This document shows, piece by piece, positions 18,473-27,589 of a DNA stretch of 64,000 nt. The DNA comes from Terriglobales bacterium. Lineage in GTDB: Bacteria > Acidobacteriota > Terriglobia > Terriglobales > SCQP01. Made by a program: the position numbers and the translations under genes. Position 1 is the stretch's first letter. Every line of letters begins with the position of its first letter. The stretch is from contig JBOGKM010000086.1 in NCBI GenBank assembly GCA_050747745.1, positions 69,734 to 133,733 of the forward strand. Reading direction: 5' to 3'. Under the pieces are notes generated by a model. The model was not told the origin of the DNA and searched no databases. It saw nothing but the letters and a program-made list of their open reading frames with translations.

Positions 18473-20134
18473 GTGCCAGCACCACCGCCTCAGCTTCCGG
18501 AATCGTCCAGCTACGTGCGCGGCCTCAAAGGTTTCGGGGAGGCGCTCAATCCCCGCGTGGTGCGCATCGCCATGTACGCGTGCGCGGTAGGCGTCCTTGC
18601 CGGCTACGTGGCGGTGGCACTGCTGCGCGTCATCGAGTTCATCACCGGGATCCTGTTCCACGGCCAGTTCACGTTTGCGCACTGGAGCCCAGTGGGAAAC
18701 CACCTCGGCATCTGGGTGATTTTCATTCCCGTGATCGGCGGGGCGGTCGCAGGAGTGGTGATCAGGTACTGGGAGCCGGCGATCAAAGGCCACGGCATTC
18801 CCGAGGCCATGCAGGCGGTGTTGATTCAGAAGAGCCGGATCCGCAAGCGGGTGGCGATACTCAAGCCCACGGCGACAGCGGTGGCCATCGGCAGCGGCGG
18901 GCCGTTTGGGGCGGAAGGGCCGATCATTCAAACCGGCGGCGCCATCGGATCCATGTTCGGGCAAATTCTGCACCTTTCCGCCTACGACCGGCGGGTACTG
19001 CTGGCGGCGGGTGCGGGTGCGGGAATGGCGGGCACGTTCATGGCGCCGCTGACCGGACTGGCGGTAGCGATCGAACTAATCGTGCTGGAGTTTCGTGCCA
19101 GCTCGTTCGTGCCCATTGCGCTGGCATGCGCGGTTGCGGATGCGATTTCGGTGCACTATCGCGGCCGCGCGCCCATGTTTCCCATGCCGCACTTCACGCT
19201 GCAGTCGGGACACGAGTTGTGGCTGTTCGCGCTGCTGGGAGTGATCTGTGGACTGATTGCCTGGGCGTTGACCTTATCGCTATCGTGGCTGGAGGATCAT
19301 TTTGCGGCGATTCCATGGAAGCCGGTGGCGATCTGGTCTCCCATGCTGGGCGCCTTTTTCTTAGGAATCATCGGATATTTTTATCCGCGCATTTTTGGCA
19401 CCAGCTATCCGACCATTGCGGCCATTCTCAATGCCAAGCTGCCCACCTTGCGGATGTTGCAGCTCTCGATTGCCAAATTCTGGGCGCTAGTGATCTCGCT
19501 GGGTGCGGGCACGACGGGAGGCGTGTTCGCGCCTTCGCTGGTGATCGGCGGCGGCATCGGGGCGGGCTACGCCGTGCTGTGGAAGCATTGGCTGCCCTGG
19601 TTTACCTTCAGCTCTCCCGGTCTGTATGCCCTGGCTGCCATGGGCGGAGTGTTCGGCGGCATTGCCCGCGCCCCCGTCGCCTCGGTGATTTTCATGTTCG
19701 AGCTCAGCCGCAATGCCCACGTGGTGTTACCGCTGATGGTCTGCGTATTTATTGCGGACGCGTTCATGCGTCTGGTGGACGAAAACTCAATGATGACCGA
19801 TAAGCTGGCCAAACGCGGTCTGATCGTGACCCAAGATTACGTGGCGCCCACCTTCCAGCTTTGGAACATGGATGTTACAGAAATCATGCAGCCGATCCCG
19901 GCCGACAGCGACATGGCCGCGCGGTTACGGACGGGCGGACTGCTGCGCGCGCGCGCCGGCGACAGCATTGCCAATACCGCCCACCGCCTGCTGGAGCAGC
20001 AAGCCGAAGGCGCCTTGATCCTGAGCCGCGATGACCCGCCCACCACCCTCGGGCTAGTCCGCATCGCCGACATTCTTGCGCTCGAGGATGAGCGGGTGCG
20101 GCGGCACGATCTGCAAGAACGGCAAAGCCGATAG
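18473..20134 (+). CDS. ClC-family chloride channel / H+-Cl- antiporter with C-terminal CBS region
   Basis: 553-aa polytopic ORF with ClC selectivity motifs GSGGPFGAEGP and GAGTTGGVFAPSLVIGGG. The soluble tail is CBS-like. GTG start; the true start is uncertain. Confidence 0.85.
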   Translation: MPAPPPQLPESSSYVRGLKGFGEALNPRVVRIAMYACAVGVLAGYVAVALLRVIEFITGILFHGQFTFAHWSPVGNHLGIWVIFIPVIGGAVAGVVIRYWEPAIKGHGIPEAMQAVLIQKSRIRKRVAILKPTATAVAIGSGGPFGAEGPIIQTGGAIGSMFGQILHLSAYDRRVLLAAGAGAGMAGTFMAPLTGLAVAIELIVLEFRASSFVPIALACAVADAISVHYRGRAPMFPMPHFTLQSGHELWLFALLGVICGLIAWALTLSLSWLEDHFAAIPWKPVAIWSPMLGAFFLGIIGYFYPRIFGTSYPTIAAILNAKLPTLRMLQLSIAKFWALVISLGAGTTGGVFAPSLVIGGGIGAGYAVLWKHWLPWFTFSSPGLYALAAMGGVFGGIARAPVASVIFMFELSRNAHVVLPLMVCVFIADAFMRLVDENSMMTDKLAKRGLIVTQDYVAPTFQLWNMDVTEIMQPIPADSDMAARLRTGGLLRARAGDSIANTAHRLLEQQAEGALILSRDDPPTTLGLVRIADILALEDERVRRHDLQERQSR

Positions 20135-20165
20135 CGCAGGGAAGGCGCAGTGACAGAATGAAGGA

Positions 20166-20993
20166 ATGGCGGGGCAAGTCCAGGGTCAGTTACTGGCAGC
20201 GGGGGGGCATGGGTTGCCAGGGCGGCCAGTACTGCCGGTGTGGGGACGTGCTTTGGTGGTGCTGGCGCTGGCCGGGATCGCGGGTTACGTGGACGCGGTA
20301 GGGTACCTGGACTTGGTTGGGGTCTATACCTCGCACATGTCCGGAAACACCGCCGCCATAGGCCGCTATTTTGGAGTGGGGGACTGGCAGCACGCGCTGG
20401 AGCACGCGTGGCCTCTGATCGCGTTTGTGATCGGACTGATTGCCGGGGCGACGCTGACGGAACTGGCGCGGCGCCGCGGCTATCATTCGCGCATGTCGCT
20501 GGTCATGGGGATGGAGATCGTGCTGCTGGCGATCCTGGCGCGCGCCGATCCGCTCCAGGCGGCATCGACGTTGTGGCTGGGCCTGCCCGCCATCGCCATG
20601 GGGATGCAGACGGTGACGGTGACGCGGGTGGGGGAACAAAGGGTCTACTCGACTTACATCACGGGAAGCCTATCGAAGTTTGGCGAGGCACTGACCGGAT
20701 ACGGCTTTTGGCTGGTGGATCGCTGGCGCGCCCGGCAGGGAGGAAGAACAGGCGGCGAAAGCGGCTGGCTGAGCAATGCGCACCGAGGCACCATGCTGCG
20801 CCATGCCGGGCTGAACCTCGGTTTGTGGAGTTTATTTCTGCTTGGCGCAACCAGCGGAGCACTTATCTCCGGCGCCAAGGGGCTGCAGGCGTTGTGGTGG
20901 CCGATTCTCGGCCTGGTGCTGCTGGTGCTGCTGGATTGGCGGCATCCGATCGCGCCCATCGAGCCGGGCGAGCCGCTGGGATTTGACGCCTGA
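20166..20993 (+). CDS. YoaK/DUF1275 family membrane protein
   Basis: 275-aa polytopic ORF with the family-typical GYVDAVGYL...SHMSGNTA segment. Confidence 0.65.
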   Translation: MAGQVQGQLLAAGGHGLPGRPVLPVWGRALVVLALAGIAGYVDAVGYLDLVGVYTSHMSGNTAAIGRYFGVGDWQHALEHAWPLIAFVIGLIAGATLTELARRRGYHSRMSLVMGMEIVLLAILARADPLQAASTLWLGLPAIAMGMQTVTVTRVGEQRVYSTYITGSLSKFGEALTGYGFWLVDRWRARQGGRTGGESGWLSNAHRGTMLRHAGLNLGLWSLFLLGATSGALISGAKGLQALWWPILGLVLLVLLDWRHPIAPIEPGEPLGFDA

Positions 20994-20999
20994 AGCGGG

Positions 21000-22151
21000 C
21001 TAGCGCAGGATGAGTTTGGCGATGGTCTGTAGTTGCAGATTCGAGGTGCCTTCGTAGATTTTCCCGATCTTGGCGTCGCGATAATACTTTTCAACCGGGT
21101 AATCCTTGACGAAACCGTAGCCGCCATAAACCTCAACGGCGAGGGAGGCGACGTGTTCGGCCACCTGCGAAGCGTAGTATTTGGCCATGGCGCCCTGCTT
21201 GACGAAATCCGCGCCGGCATCCTTCAGGCGGGCGGCGTTGTAAACCATCAGGCGAGCGGCTTCGACTTCAATGTGCATTTGCGCCAGTTGAAATTGCAAG
21301 CCCTGAAATTCGCTGATGGCCTTACCGAATTGCTTGCGTTCCCGGGCATAGCGGGTGGCATGCTCGAGCGCGCCCTGCGCCAGGCCCAGCATCTGGGCGG
21401 CGATGCCGATGCGGCCCTCGTTCAGGGTCTCAATGGCAATCTTGTAGCCTTTGCCAACCTCACCGAGCACGTTGGCGGCTGGAACCTGGCAATCCTCGAG
21501 AATCAGTTCGGACGTGCTGGAAGCGCGGATCCCGAGCTTGTCCTCCTTTTTGCCGACGGTAAAGCCGGGGAAGCCGCGTTCGATCAGGAAGCTGGTGATG
21601 CCCCGGTAGCCAGCCTCGGGATTGGCATTGGCAAACAGAACAAACAGGCTGGCCTCCTGGCCGTTGGTGATCCACAACTTGCGCCCGTTGAGCCGGAAGC
21701 CGCCCGCCGTCTTTTCCGCGCGCGTCTGCAAGGCGAAAGCATCACTGCCCGAGCCGGGCTCGGAAAGCGCATAGGCGCCCAGCCAATCGGTTGCCATGCG
21801 CGGCAGGTACTTGTTTTTCTGCTCCTGGTTGGCCCAGCGCAGTAGAGCATTGTTGACCAGCGTGTTTTGCACATCCACCACGACGCCGGCAGAAGCATCT
21901 ACGCGGGATAGTTCCTCGACGATCAGCACAGCATCAAAGAAACTGCCGGCGCTGCCGCCGAAAGCTTCCGGGAGTTGCACCGCCATCCAACCCTGACGAA
22001 AAAATTCCTCTAGCAATCCGCCGTCAAAATGGGCGGATTCGTCCATTTCACGGACCAAAGGGCGCAAGCGGGACTCGGCCCAATCGCGCACGGATTGGCG
22101 GAGCAATTGTTCCTCTTCGGAAAGCAGAGTCAGGGGGGTGGGAGTATTCAT
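21000..22151 (-). CDS. Acyl-CoA dehydrogenase
   Basis: The ORF extends to 22391, but the ACAD-type N-terminus starts at ATG 22151 (MNTPTPLTLLSEEEQLL). Motifs: YALSEPGSGSDA and GGYGFVKDYPVEKYYRDAKIGKIYEGTSN. Confidence 0.9.
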   Translation of the reverse strand: MNTPTPLTLLSEEEQLLRQSVRDWAESRLRPLVREMDESAHFDGGLLEEFFRQGWMAVQLPEAFGGSAGSFFDAVLIVEELSRVDASAGVVVDVQNTLVNNALLRWANQEQKNKYLPRMATDWLGAYALSEPGSGSDAFALQTRAEKTAGGFRLNGRKLWITNGQEASLFVLFANANPEAGYRGITSFLIERGFPGFTVGKKEDKLGIRASSTSELILEDCQVPAANVLGEVGKGYKIAIETLNEGRIGIAAQMLGLAQGALEHATRYARERKQFGKAISEFQGLQFQLAQMHIEVEAARLMVYNAARLKDAGADFVKQGAMAKYYASQVAEHVASLAVEVYGGYGFVKDYPVEKYYRDAKIGKIYEGTSNLQLQTIAKLILR

Positions 22152-22356
22152 AAGTCTTTCATTTTCGCCGATTTGCCCGGTTCCGTAGCAAAAAGCCGCG
22201 CGGCCGGCCGGGACTGGCCAACCGCCCGGTAACGGCGCTTGCAATTTCGGGCTTCTGAGAGTACACTCTTTTCCTTCGGTGGCGGAGTTTGGCCTCCGAA
22301 TCGGGCCCGAGCCGGTGTTGCACTCTGGGGTACACCCCGAAAATTTATTTTTGACG

Positions 22357-22372
22357 TGGCAGCCGAGTGGCT
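22357..22372 (+). promoter_or_regulatory. Candidate sigma-54 (-24/-12) promoter element
   Basis: TGGCAGCCGAGTGGCT matches TGGCACG-N4-TTGCW at the invariant GG and GC with correct spacing (9 of the 12 specified consensus positions). It lies about 110 nt upstream of the zinc-ribbon ORF. Pattern match only. Confidence 0.25.
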
Positions 22373-22482
22373 GAAACTTTTGGTGTGCCAACGGCGTCCA
22401 ATGGGCAAGTTGAGTTTTGGGGAAAGCGAAAACGCAATTCTAACGATACATACATCAACGCATCCAGAAGGGAGGTGGCAGT

Positions 22483-22716
22483 ATGCCAGCAGTAATGGAA
22501 GGACTTAAAGCGAAGATTCATTGCCCCATGTGCACGCGGACGGTGGACGGGATGGCGATCCCGGAAGTGCGCTTAGGCCGGTCGCGGCTGCGGGTGATGC
22601 CGGGGCTGAAGTGCAGCCGCTGCTCGGCGTCGCTGGACGCAGGTTATGTACTGGAGCTGTTGCCGGAACCGGAGCAGCCAGTGGCTGCGACGCGGGGAAA
22701 ACATCGCGCCGCCTGA
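22483..22716 (+). CDS. Small zinc-ribbon hypothetical protein
   Basis: 77-aa ORF preceded by GGGAGGTGG about 5 nt upstream of ATG. It has two Cys pairs, CPMC and CSRC, about 34 residues apart. Confidence 0.4.
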   Translation: MPAVMEGLKAKIHCPMCTRTVDGMAIPEVRLGRSRLRVMPGLKCSRCSASLDAGYVLELLPEPEQPVAATRGKHRAA

Positions 22717-22804
22717 GCGTACCATCCATCCGTACTATTCCTAGTTGCCAGTTGTGACCAGCATGGAAATGGTCGCGGCTGGCAATTTGGTTTTGTGAGG
22801 TGCT

Positions 22805-23416
22805 GTGAGCGAGGTGGCATGTGTCATTTTCGACCTGGGACGAACGCTCATTCCGTTCAACCTGGAGTCGCTGGAGGCAAGGCTGGAGGCACCGGGCGCG
22901 AAGATGGCGGCGCAGCGGCTGTTCCGTCAGTTCGAAACTGGATGGTTGAGGGCAGAGGAGTTTGAAGCAGCGATTTGCGTGTTGACGCGGCTGCGGCGCG
23001 CGGAATTCGCGCCCTGGTGGAATTCGATTTTCGAGCGGCGCTGGCTGATTCCAGAACCCTGGGTGCGCGCGCTACTGGCGCGGTTTCGCTGCGGACTGCT
23101 GTCGAACACGAATGTGCTGCACTTTGAATTCTTGGCTGCGGAGCAGCCGCTGCTGAGGGAATTTGCCTTCCGCGTCTTGTCCCATGAAGTGGGCGCAGTC
23201 AAGCCGGAGGCGCGCATTTACGAGGCGGCGGAAGCGGCGGCGGGCTGCGCCCCGGAGGCGATTTTGTATTTCGACGATGTGCCCGGATTTGTCGCCGCAG
23301 CGCGAGCGCGAGGATGGCAAGCGCACACGTTCACTGGAGCCGGAGCGCTGACGGACCATCTGTCTTCCTACGGTTTGCAGCTTAATGGCGGGCGGCGGCC
23401 TCGCGCGCGAAGCTGA
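22805..23416 (+). CDS. HAD superfamily hydrolase (subfamily IA-like)
   Basis: 203-aa ORF with a GTG start. Motif I variant VIFDLGRTL, motif II LLSNTN, motif III/IV region KPEARIY...FDDV. Confidence 0.7.
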   Translation: MSEVACVIFDLGRTLIPFNLESLEARLEAPGAKMAAQRLFRQFETGWLRAEEFEAAICVLTRLRRAEFAPWWNSIFERRWLIPEPWVRALLARFRCGLLSNTNVLHFEFLAAEQPLLREFAFRVLSHEVGAVKPEARIYEAAEAAAGCAPEAILYFDDVPGFVAAARARGWQAHTFTGAGALTDHLSSYGLQLNGGRRPRARS

Positions 23417-24449
23417 GGTCCTGCTGGCCCTCGGCCGCGTCCACGACGATGCGATCGCAACTGCCGACCTGGTGCGTGGCCAGCAGGCTGGCGAGCGGAG
23501 CGACCAGGCGGCGCTCGATGGCGCGTTTCAGGTGGCGCGCGCCGAACTTCAGGTCGGCGCCCTCGCGCAGCAGCGCGGCGCGCGCGGCGGCGGTGCAGCG
23601 GAACTGTACCGGCTCCTGGCGGACGTCGGTGAGGGAAGCGGCGATGCGCGCGCGCACGGCGTTCAGCTCCAAATCGAGCACCTGTTCCAGTTGCGCCGCT
23701 TCCAGCGGTTGGAACACTACCACGTGATCGAGGCGGTTAAAAAACTCCGGCGAAAATTTGCGCTTGGCGGCGGCGAGGGCCGCCAGTTCCAGGCGCCGCT
23801 GCACCGGGCCGGTGGGATGAGCGGTCCGGGCGCCGGGTCCGGGCGCGAAGCCGAAACCGGGCTGGAGCAGCGACTGCATCTCGCCCGCACCCAGATTGCT
23901 GGTGAGGAAAATCATGCAACGCGCGAAGCTGACGCGGTGATTATCGCCGAGGGTGAGTGTGGCCTTGTCGAGAATGCCCAGTAAGAGCTGCCAGAGGGCG
24001 TCACTGGCCTTTTCGATCTCGTCAAATAGCACCAGGCTGAGCTGCACCTCGGGCGTTTGATGCTGGTCCAATGCCTCCTGGGTGAGCACCGGGTGGGTTT
24101 CGCGATGGCCGAGATAACCAGGAGGCGAACCCACCAGCTTGGCGATTTCGTGGCTATGCTGGAACTCGCCGCAATCCACTTTGACGAGCGCTTGTGGATT
24201 TTGGAAAAGCGCTTCCGCCAGCGATTCCACCACGTGGGTCTTGCCAGAGCCGGTCGGTCCTAAAAACAAAAAATTCGCCAAAGGCCGCTGCCGGGAATTC
24301 AAACCCGCCAGCAGGGTCTGATAGGTGTCCACCACACGCTCCAGCGCCGGCCGCTGTCCGACCACGCGCGCCTGCAAGGCTTCCAGCAGGGCCGCCGCTT
24401 GACTGCTGCGGCGCTGGGGATTGAGCACTACTCGCACCGCCGTCGCCAT
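23382..24449 (-). CDS. Stand-alone AAA+ ATPase resembling the D2 module of ClpA/ClpB/ClpC
   Basis: 355-aa ORF with a strong SD (GGGGAGGAG). Walker A FLGPTGSGKT, Walker B LVLFDEIEKA, GSPPGYLG, sensor-1 IFLTSNLG, FSPEFFNRLD and sensor-2 GARHLKRAIE. It has no N-domain, D1 or middle domain. Confidence 0.8.
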   Translation of the reverse strand: MATAVRVVLNPQRRSSQAAALLEALQARVVGQRPALERVVDTYQTLLAGLNSRQRPLANFLFLGPTGSGKTHVVESLAEALFQNPQALVKVDCGEFQHSHEIAKLVGSPPGYLGHRETHPVLTQEALDQHQTPEVQLSLVLFDEIEKASDALWQLLLGILDKATLTLGDNHRVSFARCMIFLTSNLGAGEMQSLLQPGFGFAPGPGARTAHPTGPVQRRLELAALAAAKRKFSPEFFNRLDHVVVFQPLEAAQLEQVLDLELNAVRARIAASLTDVRQEPVQFRCTAAARAALLREGADLKFGARHLKRAIERRLVAPLASLLATHQVGSCDRIVVDAAEGQQDLSFAREAAARH

Positions 24450-24883
24450 ATTCTCCTCCCCAACCTCTTGCTAAGGGGATGAGCCAGCCGGGGCGGGGGA
24501 TGCAAAAACTAAAGGCCCCGTGCCTGCGGGTGAACGCAGCCACCAGGCGCCGGGGCGTCCTCAGTTTCCGTCAGCGGTCAGCAGTCGCTGCGTTAACGAC
24601 ACGCCATGATGTGACTACACTACCCATGGTTCGCGCCCAAATTCAGCTCACAGAGCAGCAGGCGCGTGCGCTGCGGCAACAGGCCCACTTGCGCTACGTG
24701 CCGCCCGCGCGGCGGGCATGCTCAAGACGCGGCGTGGAGAGCGTCACATTTTCGTAAATCACGACTGCTATCTCAACCAGGATTCCCGCGGGTGATGGTG
24801 CCGGTAACGATCCCCGGGCACGGCCAGTGCAAACAGAGCCGATGTATCTACCAGGAGGGTTTTCGCCTGCTGACGTGAATGGC

Positions 24884-27295
24884 TTATTCGTGGCGCAGGA
24901 TTTCAGCGGTGGCAATGCGGGCGGCACGGAGGGCGGGGATTGCGCCTGCGGCCAGGGAGACGAAGCATACGCAGGCAACCGCCGTGGCCCACAGGCCCAA
25001 ATCGAGCGGACTGATGCCATAGAGCACGCTGCCAAGGAGCGCCTTTTCCATCGGGCTCAGCATCAGAGCCAGTCCCGCCGCCGCCGCCAGAAGGAGCGCC
25101 ATGCGGGCGAGGACGGTGCGAGCCATCGCTTGCGGGCTCGCGCCCAGTGCCAGGCGGACGGCGATCTCGTGCCGCCGCGCGTCGACCCAATGAGCCAGCA
25201 ACCCCAGCACGCCGAGCGCGACCAGCAGCAGAGCCAAGCCGGAAAACATCGCCAGCACCAGCGCGCTGAAGCGTTGCGGCGCCAGAGCCTTCGCCGCCGC
25301 CGCGGTTAAGGTGGTGCTGTCCAGCACCTCCACGCCGCTCACCGGGGCGAGCCTCGCGGCGATGAGACCTGCCGGCGCGCGCGCCAGCAAGGTCATCTGC
25401 TGCGATGGCTGATGATTGTAGGGCTGCTGCGAAGGCATATAGATTTGGCCAGTGCCAAACGGCTCCTGGCCCGGGCCGTCCGGAAGTACATCGGCAGCCT
25501 CACCGATCACTGTGCGCGGGCGGGTCTCATTTCCAACTCGCATTCGACGGCCGATTGGATTGGCGCTGCCCCAGAGCGCCTGAGCGACGGCGCGGCTGAC
25601 GATGATCACCGGAGGCGCGCCTTGCGCGGCGCTCACGGTGAAGCTGCGCCCCCGCAGCAGCGGGATGCCCAGCAAAGAAAAATAGTCGCCGCTGATATTA
25701 CTGAAGACGGCCTCGGCAGATCGCCCGGGCGGGCCAGGAGTCGCCCACATGAAAAGCCCAGCGGACTCGGACAGTAGCGGCGGATTGCTGCTGGCCGCTA
25801 CCGGTCCTCGCGCAGCCTTATCCGCTGCGCGGCGCGCACTTTGTTCCACTCGGACGCCACGTGCAACCGCTGCTTGTAGAAGAGCTTCGCGTCCCGCGCC
25901 GCCCGCGGCACGGGCCTTGCGCAGCAGCGGCAACATCGCGGGCAGGGCGGTGTAGGTCACTGTACTCACGCCCGCGGGATTGAAGCCCAGGTTCACGCGC
26001 GTGAGCTTGCCGTAGCTGGCGAGCAACAGCGTCGCAGACGCGGTCAACACCAGCGCCAGCGTAAGCTCGGCGACCACCAGCACCGGCCACAGCACCGAAG
26101 CCCGCACTTTACCATAAAACGCCGACTGCAGCATTTCCGCGGGCGGGCGCAGCCGCAGCGTGCTCAGCGCCGGGGGCACGGCGGTTACGATCAGCGCCAC
26201 CAGAGACAGTCCGGCCAGCGCGCCCCAGTCCTCCCCGCGCGGGTGCAGCAGGTCCAGCCCCAGCATGCCGGCCGGCGCGCCGCGCCGCAGCGCCGCCATG
26301 AGCGCCGCAGCTACACCCGCCGCGGCCAGCGCCGCCGGCACGATCAGCACCAGTACTTCCCAAATCCATTGTGCGGCCAGGCGCCGCCGCCGCGCGCCCA
26401 GCGCCAACCGCGTAGCCATTTCTTTCTGGTCCGCCAGCGACCGCGCGACCAGCACGCCGCCAACAGCGAAGCACGCCACCAACCAGAGCACCCCGGCGGC
26501 CGCCAGCAGCAGATCCACAGTCGTCCGCGAGCGCTGCGCCCAGTTTTTGACCACCGAGACGGCAAACACCGAACTGATACCGAATTTCTGGCCGGGATGG
26601 GCGGCCTCGAGCGCCGCAATTTGACGCTGCATTTCGGCTTCCACCTGGGCGCTTGCCTGCTGCAGGCTCACTCCCCTCCTCAGGCGCCCGATCAAGCCGC
26701 CGTACACGGCCCCGTTCTGCAGCGCCAGATACTTCTGACCAGCGTTGTAGGGGATCCAGACGGAGGTGCCAGCAGGAAATTCGAACCCTGCCGGCATCAC
26801 GCCGATGATGGTAAAGCGTACGCCGCCGAGGGAGAGTGCGCGGCCGACCGCGGCGCCGTGGAATCCGCCGCCGGCCAACCCGCTGCTGATGATCGCCACG
26901 CGGTCGCCGCTATCGAGTTCGCCCGCGCTGAATTGGCGTCCGGCACGCGGCACGGTCCCGGCGACACCGAAGAAGCCCCGGGTGACAGCGGCGACGTACT
27001 CACGCCCGCGCAGCCCACCCGCCGCCAGGGTCAGCGCTCCGGTACCGTATCCAGCCACCGCGGCGAAGGCCGGCAGCGGAGCGTACGCCGCTACCGTGGC
27101 CGGATCGCGGCCAGCGTAGATGTGCACCACGCGCTGCGGCTGCGGCAGGCCAATCGGGTTCACCAGCACGCGGTTGGCCAGCGCTAGGATGGCGGTGGCC
27201 CCGCCCAGCCCCAGTGCCAGCGCGGCGATCAGAGCCACACTCAGGCCCTTCTGCCGTCCTGCCCGGCGAATGGCAAAGCTGAGGCCTGCGGTCAT
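24884..27295 (-). CDS. MacB/FtsX-type ABC transporter permease, ADOP-like (second copy)
   Basis: 803-aa ORF with the same architecture as 3260-5656: N-terminus LSVALIAALALGLGGATAILALANRVL and C-terminus IPALRAARIATAEILRHE. No ATPase gene is adjacent. Confidence 0.85.
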   Translation of the reverse strand: MTAGLSFAIRRAGRQKGLSVALIAALALGLGGATAILALANRVLVNPIGLPQPQRVVHIYAGRDPATVAAYAPLPAFAAVAGYGTGALTLAAGGLRGREYVAAVTRGFFGVAGTVPRAGRQFSAGELDSGDRVAIISSGLAGGGFHGAAVGRALSLGGVRFTIIGVMPAGFEFPAGTSVWIPYNAGQKYLALQNGAVYGGLIGRLRRGVSLQQASAQVEAEMQRQIAALEAAHPGQKFGISSVFAVSVVKNWAQRSRTTVDLLLAAAGVLWLVACFAVGGVLVARSLADQKEMATRLALGARRRRLAAQWIWEVLVLIVPAALAAAGVAAALMAALRRGAPAGMLGLDLLHPRGEDWGALAGLSLVALIVTAVPPALSTLRLRPPAEMLQSAFYGKVRASVLWPVLVVAELTLALVLTASATLLLASYGKLTRVNLGFNPAGVSTVTYTALPAMLPLLRKARAAGGAGREALLQAAVARGVRVEQSARRAADKAARGPVAASSNPPLLSESAGLFMWATPGPPGRSAEAVFSNISGDYFSLLGIPLLRGRSFTVSAAQGAPPVIIVSRAVAQALWGSANPIGRRMRVGNETRPRTVIGEAADVLPDGPGQEPFGTGQIYMPSQQPYNHQPSQQMTLLARAPAGLIAARLAPVSGVEVLDSTTLTAAAAKALAPQRFSALVLAMFSGLALLLVALGVLGLLAHWVDARRHEIAVRLALGASPQAMARTVLARMALLLAAAAGLALMLSPMEKALLGSVLYGISPLDLGLWATAVACVCFVSLAAGAIPALRAARIATAEILRHE

Positions 27296-27589
27296 CGCTG
27301 CTTGCGCCTGTGCGGGTGCGCCGCCTGCCGCAGCAGTCGCTTCAGATCCGCGGCTGCCTTGACCCGCGCTTTCCGCATCGCCGCCGGATTAGTCAAGGGG
27401 GAAATAATCATATTGGCGGCCCACGCGCACCGGGACGAATTGTGCGGCGGTGCAGAGCCGTTCATACCCAGACAGACTCCGGGCGGGTTGGATTCGTTCT
27501 GAAAAATGCAGCCAGGATCGCGGCGGCAGCAACGGCTGGCCCCCCGCCCCATTATGCGCACGGCTTCCGGGCCGCGCAAGGCGGCGGCT

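Noticed and set aside
27296-27589. Search for a rho-independent terminator after the last operon gene
   Set aside because: Only a 5-bp GC stem (GCCGC-GCAAG-GCGGC, 27571-27585) is present, with no U-tract on the transcribed strand. This is not enough to call a terminator.
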